Shown piece after piece: positions 46,050-55,192 of a stretch of DNA of 64,000 nucleotides (positions are counted from its first letter, which is position 1; each line of letters begins with the position of its first letter). Under the pieces are notes generated by a model, which saw nothing but the letters and a program-made list of their open reading frames with translations, had not been told where the DNA came from and searched no databases. The DNA comes from Candidatus Saccharimonadales bacterium (GTDB lineage: Bacteria > Patescibacteriota > Saccharimonadia > Saccharimonadales > JANWIN01). The position numbers and the translations under genes were made by a program. Location of the stretch: assembly GCA_038231155.1 (NCBI GenBank), contig JBBRLY010000013.1, positions 132,305 through 196,304 of the forward strand. Direction: 5' to 3'.

Positions 46050-46231
46050 ATATTCTAAAAAAGGCCCAAAACAAGGTTCACGAGACTATGGAAGAGTACA
46101 AACAAGGTGAGCTTAAAAGTGGAAGATACGCTAACAAAGTTACCAGTAGCAAACAGGCAGTTGCGATAGGCCTCCCTAAAGCTCGAAAGCAGGGAACTAA
46201 AAGTACCTTCGAAGAGTTAGGTACTAGCTAA
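46039..46231 (+). pseudogene. Small Lys-rich protein gene split by a +1 frame change in an A6 run
   Basis: Frame 1 reads MPNKYSKK then GPKQGSRDYGRVQTR-stop (to 46110). The +1 frame reads KKAQNKVHETMEEYKQGELKSGRYANKVTSSKQAVAIGLPKARKQG... to 46231. Removing one A at 46057-46062 gives one continuous 63-aa protein. Confidence 0.45.
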
Positions 46232-46895
46232 AGGCCTCGGTTTGTAATTTCTTAATATCCGGAATTATGATATTTCGTCCGGTTTTAATTAACTTAAGTT
46301 TTCTTAAATCAGACATGCATAGAGAGACCGTCTCGCGAGTGGCGCTTAATATATCGGCCAAATCTTGTTGAGTTAGTGGTAAAAGAATCTTTATACCATT
46401 GGGTCGCAATTCTCCGAAGTTTTGAGCGTAAAATACTAATTGATGTGCAACTCTTTTATAAATTGTAGAAAGCCCAATATTTTCGAGACGTTGAATATTG
46501 AAGTATAGACGCCTACCGGCTTCAGAAAATAAGTCACTAAATAGTAAAGGATTATCCTTTACAAGCGTTGCTATTTCATTTTTGTCTATAACTAAAAGGT
46601 CTGTTTCAGTCATTGTCTCGTAGTAGTAGACCTCTGGTCCTATATATAAATCCTGACCAAATAACGTTTTAAAAGCTACCGTCAAGGGAAAAATATCTCG
46701 CGGTCCATAAACTATTTGGACTCTTATAGAACCGTCATTAATAATTGAATACCTTTTTACATATCCCTGTTGGATTAAAGTAAGTCGACTGTTATTGTCA
46801 GTGGATTGAATAACTTCATTTTTAGCTAGTTTAATTTGTTTTGCTGAAGTAATAAATATTCTCGATAGTTCTTTTGTGTGGGTCGCGACACTCAT
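46224..46895 (-). CDS. Crp/Fnr family transcriptional regulator
   Basis: N-terminal cNMP-binding-like beta-roll and a C-terminal HTH (LTQQDLADILSATRETVSLCMSDLRKLKLI). Confidence 0.8.
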   Translation of the reverse strand: MSVATHTKELSRIFITSAKQIKLAKNEVIQSTDNNSRLTLIQQGYVKRYSIINDGSIRVQIVYGPRDIFPLTVAFKTLFGQDLYIGPEVYYYETMTETDLLVIDKNEIATLVKDNPLLFSDLFSEAGRRLYFNIQRLENIGLSTIYKRVAHQLVFYAQNFGELRPNGIKILLPLTQQDLADILSATRETVSLCMSDLRKLKLIKTGRNIIIPDIKKLQTEAFS

Positions 46896-47001
46896 TCACT
46901 TATAAAAACATACTAATTGTGGCTAAGCAAAAGATTATTTTAAAAACAAATTTATACATTAAAAACCTATCGCCAATAAGTTAAATGTTACACTAGAGCA
47001 T

Positions 47002-47895
47002 ATGGCGGAGAAATTGCAACCTACTGGCGACAACCCGTTCGGCCAGAATGAAGCTGAAAGACAATATGAAGGCTATTTCGGGATAAATACAGATACTAGA
47101 TTAAATATTATTGATATGTTCGTTAAGGATGGACGAAACTTTAGGGCTGAAATGGTAGATAGCTTAGATCTCGACCATAATGGCGTTCTGCTAGACATCG
47201 GCTGCGGCAACGGTACGTTATTAATTGATACTCGTAAGCGTAGAGACTTTCAGGGCCTTACAATTGGAGTCGATATCGATAAAAGCTCACTCGACGAAGC
47301 TAAAAAAAAGGAGCTGGCAAGGGGGCTAACCCCCAGTATTTATTTAGCCGCTGATATGGAGCAAATAAACTTACCAGATAATTCCGTAGATACCATTCTT
47401 TGTTCGTTCGCATTTCACCACGCTAATCATTTAGATGCTGCCATACATGAGGCCTGGCGTTTATTAAGACCGGGAGGACAACTTATTACATCGGCAAATA
47501 GTTTGTTACAAAAAACCGAACATTCTAATTTATTATTAGCCATAACTGAATACTTGAAAACTACCTATCAAACCAACATAAAACCACCTATAGCTTTTGC
47601 TTCTAAATTTAATTCCGAAACAGCACAGCAACGCTTAGAACAACATTTCGGAAAAGTTAAGCCAATAATCCCGCAAAGGTCTGAGTTGCAATTTGGTAAA
47701 GATTTTTTTGGTTACCTAGAGAATTCACTTTCTACTTATCAAAGTGAGTTTAGACCACCTATTATTGGGCCTGGCCATTGGACTGAAGCTGTTGAAAAGG
47801 CTGCTAGACCCTTATTTGATGCTGCAGTCGCCAAATATGGCTATTTCCAGGATAATGTTGATCGTACAGCATTTGACTGCCGAAAGGCCGCCTAA
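47002..47895 (+). CDS. Class I SAM-dependent methyltransferase
   Basis: Motif I LLDIGCGNGTL, an acidic post-I residue (GVDID) and LRPGGQL. Confidence 0.75.
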   Translation: MAEKLQPTGDNPFGQNEAERQYEGYFGINTDTRLNIIDMFVKDGRNFRAEMVDSLDLDHNGVLLDIGCGNGTLLIDTRKRRDFQGLTIGVDIDKSSLDEAKKKELARGLTPSIYLAADMEQINLPDNSVDTILCSFAFHHANHLDAAIHEAWRLLRPGGQLITSANSLLQKTEHSNLLLAITEYLKTTYQTNIKPPIAFASKFNSETAQQRLEQHFGKVKPIIPQRSELQFGKDFFGYLENSLSTYQSEFRPPIIGPGHWTEAVEKAARPLFDAAVAKYGYFQDNVDRTAFDCRKAA

Positions 47896-47910
47896 ACAAT
47901 ATATGCGTTG

Positions 47911-48189
47911 TTAAACTTCAGATCGATGTCGTGTACCAGATATAGTTCGTACTATCATTAGTAGTACAACAGCACCGCCAATTGCGACTAACAGACTGCC
48001 TAAGTTAAGACCAGTTATGCCTGAGCCACCGAGCATGCTTACTATCCAGCCACCAATAAGTGCTCCCAAAATTCCTACTACAATGTTTGCCAATGCTCCC
48101 ATTTGAGCGTCTTCACCAGTAAGCATTGAAGCTATCCAACCGGCTATAGCGCCAAATATTATCCATAATACAATTGCCATAATCTTCAT
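47911..48189 (-). CDS. GlsB/YeaQ/YmgE-family stress membrane protein
   Basis: 92 aa with three Gly-rich TM helices (GAIAGWIASMLTG, GILGALIGGWI). Confidence 0.8.
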   Translation of the reverse strand: MKIMAIVLWIIFGAIAGWIASMLTGEDAQMGALANIVVGILGALIGGWIVSMLGGSGITGLNLGSLLVAIGGAVVLLMIVRTISGTRHRSEV

Positions 48190-48196
48190 CTCCTTT

Positions 48197-48373
48197 CTAG
48201 TTAGTTGTTAGCGGAGGGTAACTAATATAATTGCCCAAATCTCTATCGCTTAACGATTCCTCAAAACTATCTTGCAAAGAAGCATGAACGCTTTGATGTT
48301 GGCTAGCTACTTTACGCAAGTACTTTCTTTCTAATCTTTTTCGCAAAGCATGTGATTGTCTTGCTATGTTCAT
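48197..48373 (-). CDS. Unlisted small ORF (58 aa), basic N-terminus
   Basis: ATG 48373 is preceded by the strong RBS GAGGAGG at 9 nt. Reads MNIARQSHALRKRLERKYLRKVASQHQSVHASLQDSFEESLSDRDLGNYISYPPLTTN. It ends 7 nt before the GlsB-family gene start. Confidence 0.4.
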   Translation of the reverse strand: MNIARQSHALRKRLERKYLRKVASQHQSVHASLQDSFEESLSDRDLGNYISYPPLTTN

Positions 48374-48576
48374 AAAAATAAGCCTCCTCTATTTTATATT
48401 GGTAAAAGTTATGCATTTTATCTACTTACCGTAACCTTATCGACCTTATAGAGCGCGAGATCTAATATCTTACTTATCGCTCAAAACTCTTTATCGGTCA
48501 CGCATCTATCTTAAAATATCTACATACAGTCCGTCTGTTAGCTTTCTAACTAACGTTGTGTTTTGTGTATATAATA

Positions 48577-48605
48577 TTGACAGTTTGCCCGTTTGAGCGT
48601 ACAGT
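48577..48605 (+). promoter_or_regulatory. Sigma70-like promoter of the small-RNA/leader candidate
   Basis: TTGACA, a 17-nt spacer, then TACAGT. Confidence 0.45.
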
Positions 48606-48611
48606 ATGAAA

Positions 48612-48709
48612 GCCATCGTGAGGTGGCGTATTATCGAAAGATAATACCGGCTGTGCTAGCAATAGCACACCCAGTAAAGAAGCCCCTCAAAAGGCTTCTT
48701 TTCTTTTTT
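48612..48709 (+). ncRNA. Candidate ~100-nt structured RNA (sRNA or riboswitch-type leader), class unknown
   Basis: Three adjacent hairpins: GCCA-N8-TGGC; GTATTATC-GAAA-GATAATAC; GG-C-TGTGCTA-GCAA-TAGCACA-C-CC. They are followed by an intrinsic terminator, AGAAGCC-N8-GGCTTCT plus a T-run. Two loops are GNRA tetraloops. Confidence 0.4.
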
Positions 48710-48761
48710 AGTCATATTTGACAGTAGTATTACGCTTGTGTTTGAATGGATTCATCTAATT

Positions 48762-49337
48762 ATGACTAAAGATAGCACTACTAAATTAAGTTGGTTACAT
48801 TCCAATACTGTTAGGTTATCAAGAGTCCACTTTATATACGTCATAGTTTTTGCAATACAAACTATTATTTATGATGCTTGGAAGTTAGTTTCAGCTACAG
48901 CGGTAATGAACCGCTGGATAATGACCGGTATTTTAGCAATTATTACTGCAATAGTATGGTATTTGGCCCACAATACCATAAGTAGTACAGTAGGATACAA
49001 AATTTTAATCTTTTTACTGATTATCACTGATATAGCGGCCGCTTCATTCAATGTTTATACTCAGCGTGGTATGGCAAGTCGCGCAGTTATGCTTTATGCT
49101 ATTCCAATAGTAATTTCAGCTGTACTTTTAAGTCGGGTGGCTCTTTTTGCAACCGCTGTTATGTCAGCTGCTGCTTATATTGCCACAGCTTACGCTTATT
49201 TTGTTTTAAACTTTAACGAAGGTTATAAGATAGAACTTTATGGTGAAGTAGGTTTTTACTCAGCTATGTTCTTTGTACTTGCCGGTTTGCTGTGGATTAT
49301 AGTTCGTTCTAAACGTTATAAACCCTCTAGCGGCTAG
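48762..49337 (+). CDS. Polytopic membrane protein (5-6 TM), unknown function
   Basis: Hydrophobic helices throughout. ATG 48762 (MTKDST) or GTG 48738 are possible starts. Confidence 0.55.
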   Translation: MTKDSTTKLSWLHSNTVRLSRVHFIYVIVFAIQTIIYDAWKLVSATAVMNRWIMTGILAIITAIVWYLAHNTISSTVGYKILIFLLIITDIAAASFNVYTQRGMASRAVMLYAIPIVISAVLLSRVALFATAVMSAAAYIATAYAYFVLNFNEGYKIELYGEVGFYSAMFFVLAGLLWIIVRSKRYKPSSG

Positions 49338-49376
49338 TTAAATACTTGGCTTATCTAAGTGATATGATGGTGCTAT

Positions 49377-49754
49377 ATGTTTATTGTTTCCGATAAAGAA
49401 TTTGAGGATTTAGTTAAGAATGCTATAGATAATATACCGCTTAAGTATGCTGAGCATATAAAGAACCTGGCATTTGTAGTCGAAGATGCACCTTCAATTG
49501 CGCAACGTACTAAACTTAAATTAAATCAACACCAAACTCTATTCGGACTATATGAAGGAGTGCCACTTACTCAGCGTAATAGCAACTATAACTTAGTGTT
49601 ACCGGATAAAATTACCGTATTTAAAAATCCTATCCAGTTCAATGCAAATTCGCACTCCGATCTTACGGAAACAGTTAATAATACAATATGGCATGAAGTA
49701 GCACATTATTATGGATTAGGGCACGGTAGAATTCATGAGCTAGAAAACAAATAA
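49377..49754 (+). CDS. Zincin-like metallopeptidase family protein (small, DUF1025/Zincin_1-like)
   Basis: C-terminal HEVAHYYG zinc motif in a ~125-aa protein, as in the minimal zincin family. Confidence 0.7.
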   Translation: MFIVSDKEFEDLVKNAIDNIPLKYAEHIKNLAFVVEDAPSIAQRTKLKLNQHQTLFGLYEGVPLTQRNSNYNLVLPDKITVFKNPIQFNANSHSDLTETVNNTIWHEVAHYYGLGHGRIHELENK

Positions 49755-49806
49755 GCTCATAAAGTGCTAGACAATAAGTGTATAATTGGATTAAAAGGTA
49801 AAGCTT

Positions 49807-49986
49807 ATGCCAACTTCAGCCCAACTAAAAACTCCATCAGCTAATAAGTCGACAGGTAGTTATGGTAAGCGTCCTAAATGGCAATGGGTGGTAATTTACT
49901 TAGTAGTTGCAGTAGTAGTTTACGGGTTAATATATTTTATATTCATGCATCACAGTAGCAGTAGTGGTGGTAGCTCCGGTTATTAA
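49807..49986 (+). CDS. Unlisted small membrane protein (59 aa)
   Basis: Reads MPTSAQLKTPSANKSTGSYGKRPKWQWVVIYLVVAVVVYGLIYFIFMHHSSSSGGSSGY. It has a basic N-terminus, one TM helix and a Ser/Gly tail. Confidence 0.4.
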   Translation: MPTSAQLKTPSANKSTGSYGKRPKWQWVVIYLVVAVVVYGLIYFIFMHHSSSSGGSSGY

Positions 49987-50064
49987 AGTTAGCACCTTTA
50001 TTTAGCTGATTGATGTTTAGCTCAAGTAACGGATGTGTTACTTAATATCATCTAAACAAATTTG

Positions 50065-51087
50065 TTATAAAGTTTTAAAAGCTAAGAGTTGTTTAAAAGG
50101 CTCAGCTACCAAATTGTTTAGTACCCAATTTAAATAAGCATCAGGTAAATGTTTCATATCGGTAAATGCTTGATTATTGGCAAAGTTTTTTAACGAATTT
50201 TGAGCCATTAAGTTATATTTATTAATTTGTAGAATCGTTTTTTGGATTGATCCATCGGCGATCAAGACTTTCGCAATTTGATGATTATTAATTGGACTAT
50301 GACTTATCATTTTTCTAAGCTTTAGACGATTAGCCCCTGCAAGCGACAATATTATTGGCATTGTATATACACCTTGCTTTAGATCACTGCCTACTGGTTT
50401 ACCTAAAAGTTTTTCACTAGACAACAGGTCTAACATATCATCAATGATCTGATAAGATATTCCAAAATTTTTACCGTAAGCTTCCAAAGCTTGTAGTTCA
50501 GTCTCGCTTAAACGCGCGGCTAGGCCACCCATCTTACATGCCACGGAAATAAGAGACCCAGATTTTCCATCAATAGCATTTAAATATGAGTCTATAGAAC
50601 GATCCAAATTATGCAGTTGGACAAGTTCAGTGGTTTGACCTTCACATAATTTGACAATTGAAGTGCTAACTAACTCAACTGATAAGTTATTTATTTTCGC
50701 AGCCAGCTGGCAGGCTTTAGCAAGTAAAAAATCCCCAACCAGTAAGGCTTGGGCTAGTCCTTCTTGATTATTAATAGTTGGTTTGCTGTCTCTGGTAAAT
50801 GAGTTATCTATAATGTCGTCGTGGATTAAACTAGCAATATGAACCAGTTCGACTGCGCAGCTGCTGCTTACAACTGATTTATTAACATCTTGTCCAGCCG
50901 CTTGAACTATTGCAAACACTAAACTTGGGCGCAATCGTTTACCGCGAGAAGTAATAATTCTCGAAATTGTTTTTTGGATATCTTTATTATGGCTTTTTGC
51001 ACTTATTACAAGCTGTATATCTAACTGTTTTAAGTAAATAGGTAGTTTTGGAATATTGAGTACCTTGGCTAAATTAAAGGTAGGCAT
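50065..51087 (-). CDS. Polyprenyl diphosphate synthase (trans-IPPS family)
   Basis: First Asp-rich motif LIHDDIIDNS, second IIDDMLD. The usual RRG after the first motif reads TRDS. Confidence 0.8.
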   Translation of the reverse strand: MPTFNLAKVLNIPKLPIYLKQLDIQLVISAKSHNKDIQKTISRIITSRGKRLRPSLVFAIVQAAGQDVNKSVVSSSCAVELVHIASLIHDDIIDNSFTRDSKPTINNQEGLAQALLVGDFLLAKACQLAAKINNLSVELVSTSIVKLCEGQTTELVQLHNLDRSIDSYLNAIDGKSGSLISVACKMGGLAARLSETELQALEAYGKNFGISYQIIDDMLDLLSSEKLLGKPVGSDLKQGVYTMPIILSLAGANRLKLRKMISHSPINNHQIAKVLIADGSIQKTILQINKYNLMAQNSLKNFANNQAFTDMKHLPDAYLNWVLNNLVAEPFKQLLAFKTL

Positions 51088-51317
51088 AAAAATAGTTATT
51101 TTTTTTAATAGTTAGTGGTCACGATTTTGTAATTAGATTTGAATAGATGATATCTATGCTCATTATTTCTATATTGTGGAATACCTAAAACAGCTCTGAG
51201 CTCTACTGAATCTACGCAAGCGATTGATAACCATGGACATATTGTACAGCGTTAAGCGTTCCTTCGATGTGATCGATGATGTCAAAATGCTATAGTATAT
51301 CTAATGATTACTAGAGG

Positions 51318-52217
51318 GTGATGACTAAAAAAGCTAGATTCGCTGGTTTAATTGTCTTGTTAACCGCTTTTATCGGTCTATTGATTTGGTATTTAAGCAC
51401 GCATAGCCTTGGTGCCTTGCACCCTAGAGGACAGATTGCTACAAAAGAGCGCAGTTTAATGATTTATGCTGCCGTTTTGGCAATATTAATTGTTTTACCG
51501 GTATATATTATGACTTTAGTCATAGCTGTAAAGTATCGTGAAGGAAACACTCGATCCAAATATGCACCAGAATGGGACCATAACCTTGGACTTGAGACCG
51601 CCTGGTGGTTATTCCCGACGATAATTATTCTTATTTTGTCGATAATTACTTGGCGATCTAGCCATGAGTTAGACCCCTTCAAAAAGCTTAATAGTACGGT
51701 CCAGCCGATTACCATTCAAGCCGTAGCCTTACAGTGGAAATGGTTGTTTATTTACCCAGAGCAGGGTGTAGCTACGATTAATTATGTTCAATTTCCTGCA
51801 GGTACCCCGATAAATTTTCAAATAACGGCCGATGCGCCGATGAATTCACTGTGGATTCCCCAGCTTGGTGGTCAGATGTACGCAATGAACGGAATGTCAA
51901 CTCAGCTACATTTAATTGCAGATCAAGAAGGCAGTTATAGAGGCTCTTCGGCAAATATTAGTGGACAAGGTTTTGCCAATATGAAATTTATAGCCAAAGC
52001 TAGTTCTAACCAGGAATTTAGTAATTGGCTAGCAGAAACTAAACACTCCCCACAGTCCATGAGCCAGGATATCTATAATAACTTAGCCAAACCCAGTAGC
52101 ATCGTACCAATTAAGTCTTATACACTTACAGAAACTAATTTATTTAATAATATTTTACTGAAATATTCGGCCCCGAATGGCACTTATGCTTTAAGTGGTG
52201 GTGGAGCATCGCTCTGA
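51318..52217 (+). CDS. cyoA: Cytochrome o (bo3-type) ubiquinol oxidase subunit II
   Basis: Two N-terminal TM helices plus a cupredoxin-like domain without an obvious CuA Cys-x3-Cys-x3-His site. First gene of a cyoABCDE-ordered operon. Confidence 0.8.
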   Translation: MMTKKARFAGLIVLLTAFIGLLIWYLSTHSLGALHPRGQIATKERSLMIYAAVLAILIVLPVYIMTLVIAVKYREGNTRSKYAPEWDHNLGLETAWWLFPTIIILILSIITWRSSHELDPFKKLNSTVQPITIQAVALQWKWLFIYPEQGVATINYVQFPAGTPINFQITADAPMNSLWIPQLGGQMYAMNGMSTQLHLIADQEGSYRGSSANISGQGFANMKFIAKASSNQEFSNWLAETKHSPQSMSQDIYNNLAKPSSIVPIKSYTLTETNLFNNILLKYSAPNGTYALSGGGASL

Positions 52218-54190
52218 TGATGTTTGCTAACTTACTAGGTCGCTTAGGACCTGATGCGATTCAAAAAGGTTTAATAATTGCTGGTGCCCAAGTCACAATG
52301 GTCGTTGGTGGCGCCGCTGTAATTGGTTTATTGTTTTATTTTAAACGTTGGAAGTGGTTATGGCGAGAGTGGTTGACTACGGTTGATCCTAAAAAAATAG
52401 GTGTGATGTATATTATTGTAGCTTTTTTAATGTTATTCAAAGGTATAGTCGACGCTTTAATAATTCGCACTCAGCAAGCTAGTTCCGTTGGGTCTAGCCA
52501 CGGGATAATCAGTTCCGATCATTTTCAGCAAGTATTCACGGCCCACGGCACGACTATGATATTTTTTGTTGCCATGGGGTTAATGTTTGGATTAATTAAC
52601 TTAATCGTGCCGTTAATTATTGGCTCTCGTGACGTTGCTTTCCCATTTTTAAACGCCACTAGCTTTTGGTTATTTGTAGCCGGTGCGGTAATTATTAATT
52701 TATCACTAGTAATTGGTGGCTTTGCAGCGACCGGCTGGTTGGCTTACCCTCCGTTATCGGAACTCCAATATAGTCCTGGAGTTGGCGTAGATTATTGGAT
52801 TTGGGGCGTCCAAATTGCCGGTATTGGAAGTCTACTGGCTGGTGTAAACTTTTTTGTGACAATTCTTAAAATGCGGGCCAAAGGTATGAATTTAATGAAA
52901 ATGCCCTTATTTGCTTGGAGCGTGCTCTGTACTACGGTGCTGATAATATTTGCATTCCCTATATTGACCGCCACGCTAGCAATGCTAGCACTTGATCGAA
53001 CCTTAGGAATGCACTTTTTTACGTCCGGTTTTGGCGGTAACCCAATGATGTACGTGAATCTGATTTGGGCTTGGGGGCACCCAGAAGTTTATATATTAAT
53101 ATTGCCGGCTTTTGGCATATACTCTGAGATTGTTCCGACCTTTTCGCGCAAACGTTTGTTTGGTTATACGTCTATGGTATGGGCTCTTTGGGCTATAGTG
53201 CTATTATCTTTTAGCGTCTGGTTACATCATTTCTTCACAATGGGTGCAGGTGCAGATGTTAACGCTTTTTTTGGTATCATGACTATGGTTATAGCAATCC
53301 CTACTGGAGTAAAAGTTTTTAATTGGCTATTTACTATGTATAGGGGTAGGATTCACTTTGCTACACCTATGTTATGGTTCTTGGGCTTTGTGGCTACTTT
53401 TACGATTGGAGGAGTCGCTGGAGTAATCTTGGGTATGCCACCGGCCGATTTTCAACTGCACAACAGTTTGTTTTTGGTGGCTCATTTTCATACCATGATT
53501 ATTGGTGGTGTAGTATTTGGTTACTTTGCTGGAATAACTTACTGGTTTCCTAAAATTTTTGGTTTTAAACTAAACGAACGACTAGGTAAATATGCTTTTT
53601 GGTGCTGGACAATTGGTTTCGTACTAGCTTTTGTACCACTTTATATATTAGGTCTTTTGGGTGCTACTAGGCGACTTGATCACTACGATGCTTCGCTCGG
53701 TTGGCAACAACTGTTTATTGTGGCCGCTGTTGGAGTAACAATTATTTGTTTAGGTATCGGTTTTCAAGTTTTGCAATTTATAGTTAGTATTGTTCAGCGT
53801 AAACAAAACTTAGATAGTAGTGGCGATCCTTGGCAAGGTCGAACACTGGAATGGTCAACCACGTCACCGCCACCTGTTTATAATTTTGCCTTAGAACCTG
53901 TAGTTAATGATCGTGATGCTTTTTGGGTTTCTAAGCAGCAAAAAAAACCACCTCAAAAACCGTCGTATCATGATATCACTATGCCTAAAAATACACCTTT
54001 AGGGTTATTTATTGGCGGCTGGGCCTTTATGTTTGGCTTTGGTTTCATCTGGCATATATGGTGGTTGGCTACAATTTGTTTTATTGGAGCAATAACTACG
54101 ATTATTATCCGTTTATCTGATGATGAAACTGAATATGTCATTTCAGCAGCCGAAGTAGCTAAAATAGAGCGAGGTAGGCAAGCAATATGA
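52217..54190 (+). CDS. cyoB: Cytochrome o ubiquinol oxidase subunit I
   Basis: Haem-copper oxidase subunit I hallmarks (WAWGHPEVYILILPAFG, WLHHFFTMG, FLVAHFHTMIIGG). 657 aa. Confidence 0.9.
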   Translation: MMFANLLGRLGPDAIQKGLIIAGAQVTMVVGGAAVIGLLFYFKRWKWLWREWLTTVDPKKIGVMYIIVAFLMLFKGIVDALIIRTQQASSVGSSHGIISSDHFQQVFTAHGTTMIFFVAMGLMFGLINLIVPLIIGSRDVAFPFLNATSFWLFVAGAVIINLSLVIGGFAATGWLAYPPLSELQYSPGVGVDYWIWGVQIAGIGSLLAGVNFFVTILKMRAKGMNLMKMPLFAWSVLCTTVLIIFAFPILTATLAMLALDRTLGMHFFTSGFGGNPMMYVNLIWAWGHPEVYILILPAFGIYSEIVPTFSRKRLFGYTSMVWALWAIVLLSFSVWLHHFFTMGAGADVNAFFGIMTMVIAIPTGVKVFNWLFTMYRGRIHFATPMLWFLGFVATFTIGGVAGVILGMPPADFQLHNSLFLVAHFHTMIIGGVVFGYFAGITYWFPKIFGFKLNERLGKYAFWCWTIGFVLAFVPLYILGLLGATRRLDHYDASLGWQQLFIVAAVGVTIICLGIGFQVLQFIVSIVQRKQNLDSSGDPWQGRTLEWSTTSPPPVYNFALEPVVNDRDAFWVSKQQKKPPQKPSYHDITMPKNTPLGLFIGGWAFMFGFGFIWHIWWLATICFIGAITTIIIRLSDDETEYVISAAEVAKIERGRQAI

Positions 54191-54774
54191 GTAAAGCAGC
54201 TGTTCAATCAGAATCTACATCTAAAACTCTATTTGGTTTTTGGGTTTATATTATGACCGACTGCGTGCTATTTGTCACACTGTTTGCCACTTTTGCAGTA
54301 CTTAGAAATAGTACTTTTGGTGGCCCAGGTGGAGGCCAATTATTTAGTTTGCCATTTGTGTTAACCGAAACACTACTACTACTTACAAGCAGTTTTAGTT
54401 GTGGACTTAGTATATTGTCGCTTCAAAAACGCAATAAAAAACAAGTTCTATTTTGGTTGGCCGTGACCTTTTTATTGGGACTGGCCTTTTTAATTTTAGA
54501 AGTTAGTGAGTTTAGACATTTAGCTATAGAAGGTAACAGCTGGCGACGAAGTGCCTTTTTATCATCATTCTTTACTTTAGTTGGGACTCATGGCGCACAT
54601 ATTGCTACAGGTCTAATATGGATGACCGTGCTCGGTGCTCAAATTAGTAGTCGTGGGCTTAGCGTCAATACGGCTAGACGATTAACGATTTTTAGTCTGT
54701 TTTGGCACTTCTTGGACATTATTTGGATATTTATATTTACAATAGTTTATCTAGCTGGAGCTATAAAGATATGA
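54187..54774 (+). CDS. cyoC: Cytochrome o ubiquinol oxidase subunit III
   Basis: 5-TM subunit III pattern (GTHGAHIATGLIWM, WHFLDIIWIFIFT). ATGA overlap with cyoB. Confidence 0.85.
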   Translation: MSKAAVQSESTSKTLFGFWVYIMTDCVLFVTLFATFAVLRNSTFGGPGGGQLFSLPFVLTETLLLLTSSFSCGLSILSLQKRNKKQVLFWLAVTFLLGLAFLILEVSEFRHLAIEGNSWRRSAFLSSFFTLVGTHGAHIATGLIWMTVLGAQISSRGLSVNTARRLTIFSLFWHFLDIIWIFIFTIVYLAGAIKI

Positions 54775-55139
54775 GCACTCATACTCCAGAAACTAGCCAA
54801 GGCACTGTAACTACCTATATAGTCGGGTTTGTATTATCACTGTTGCTAACAATCCTGGCTTATGGACTAGTGACACGCTCTACTTTTTCTAAAGGCCTGC
54901 TTTTCACAGTGGTTATTGCTCTGGCATTAACTCAACTTTTAGTACAGTTAATATTTTTCTTACATATGGATAAAGAGTCTAGGCCCCGCTGGAATTTAGT
55001 TGTCTTTAGTTTTATGTTATTGGTCGTCTTTATTGTGGTTTTTGGCTCATTATGGATTATGTACAATCTCAGCTATCATCACGCCCATAATATTCAGACG
55101 CCGCAACAGATAATTAAGGATGAAGGGATCAAACCATAA
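54771..55139 (+). CDS. cyoD: Cytochrome o ubiquinol oxidase subunit IV
   Basis: ~120 aa, 3 TM helices, with the YIVGFVLSLLLTILAY and QLLVQLIFFLHM blocks. ATG 54771 overlaps the cyoC stop. Confidence 0.75.
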   Translation: MSTHTPETSQGTVTTYIVGFVLSLLLTILAYGLVTRSTFSKGLLFTVVIALALTQLLVQLIFFLHMDKESRPRWNLVVFSFMLLVVFIVVFGSLWIMYNLSYHHAHNIQTPQQIIKDEGIKP

Positions 55140-55192
55140 TAAGTCTTAAAACTTATTATCAGCTGACAAAACCAGGCATTGTTTATGGTAAT

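Noticed and set aside
31587-48200. A genomic island integrated at tRNA-Gln with a direct repeat of the tRNA 3' end marking the far border.
   Set aside because: I could not find a second copy of the tRNA-Gln 3' segment by eye, nor an integrase or other mobility gene. Composition does not look obviously different. This is left as something to test computationally rather than a claim.
51241-51300. A Crp/Fnr binding site upstream of cyoA, such as TGTGATCGATGATGTCA or TTGATAACCATGGAC.
   Set aside because: Neither sequence forms a good TTGAT-N4-ATCAA or TGTGA-N6-TCACA palindrome. Their distance from the probable extended -10 (TGCTATAGT, 51288-51296) does not fit class I or class II activation.
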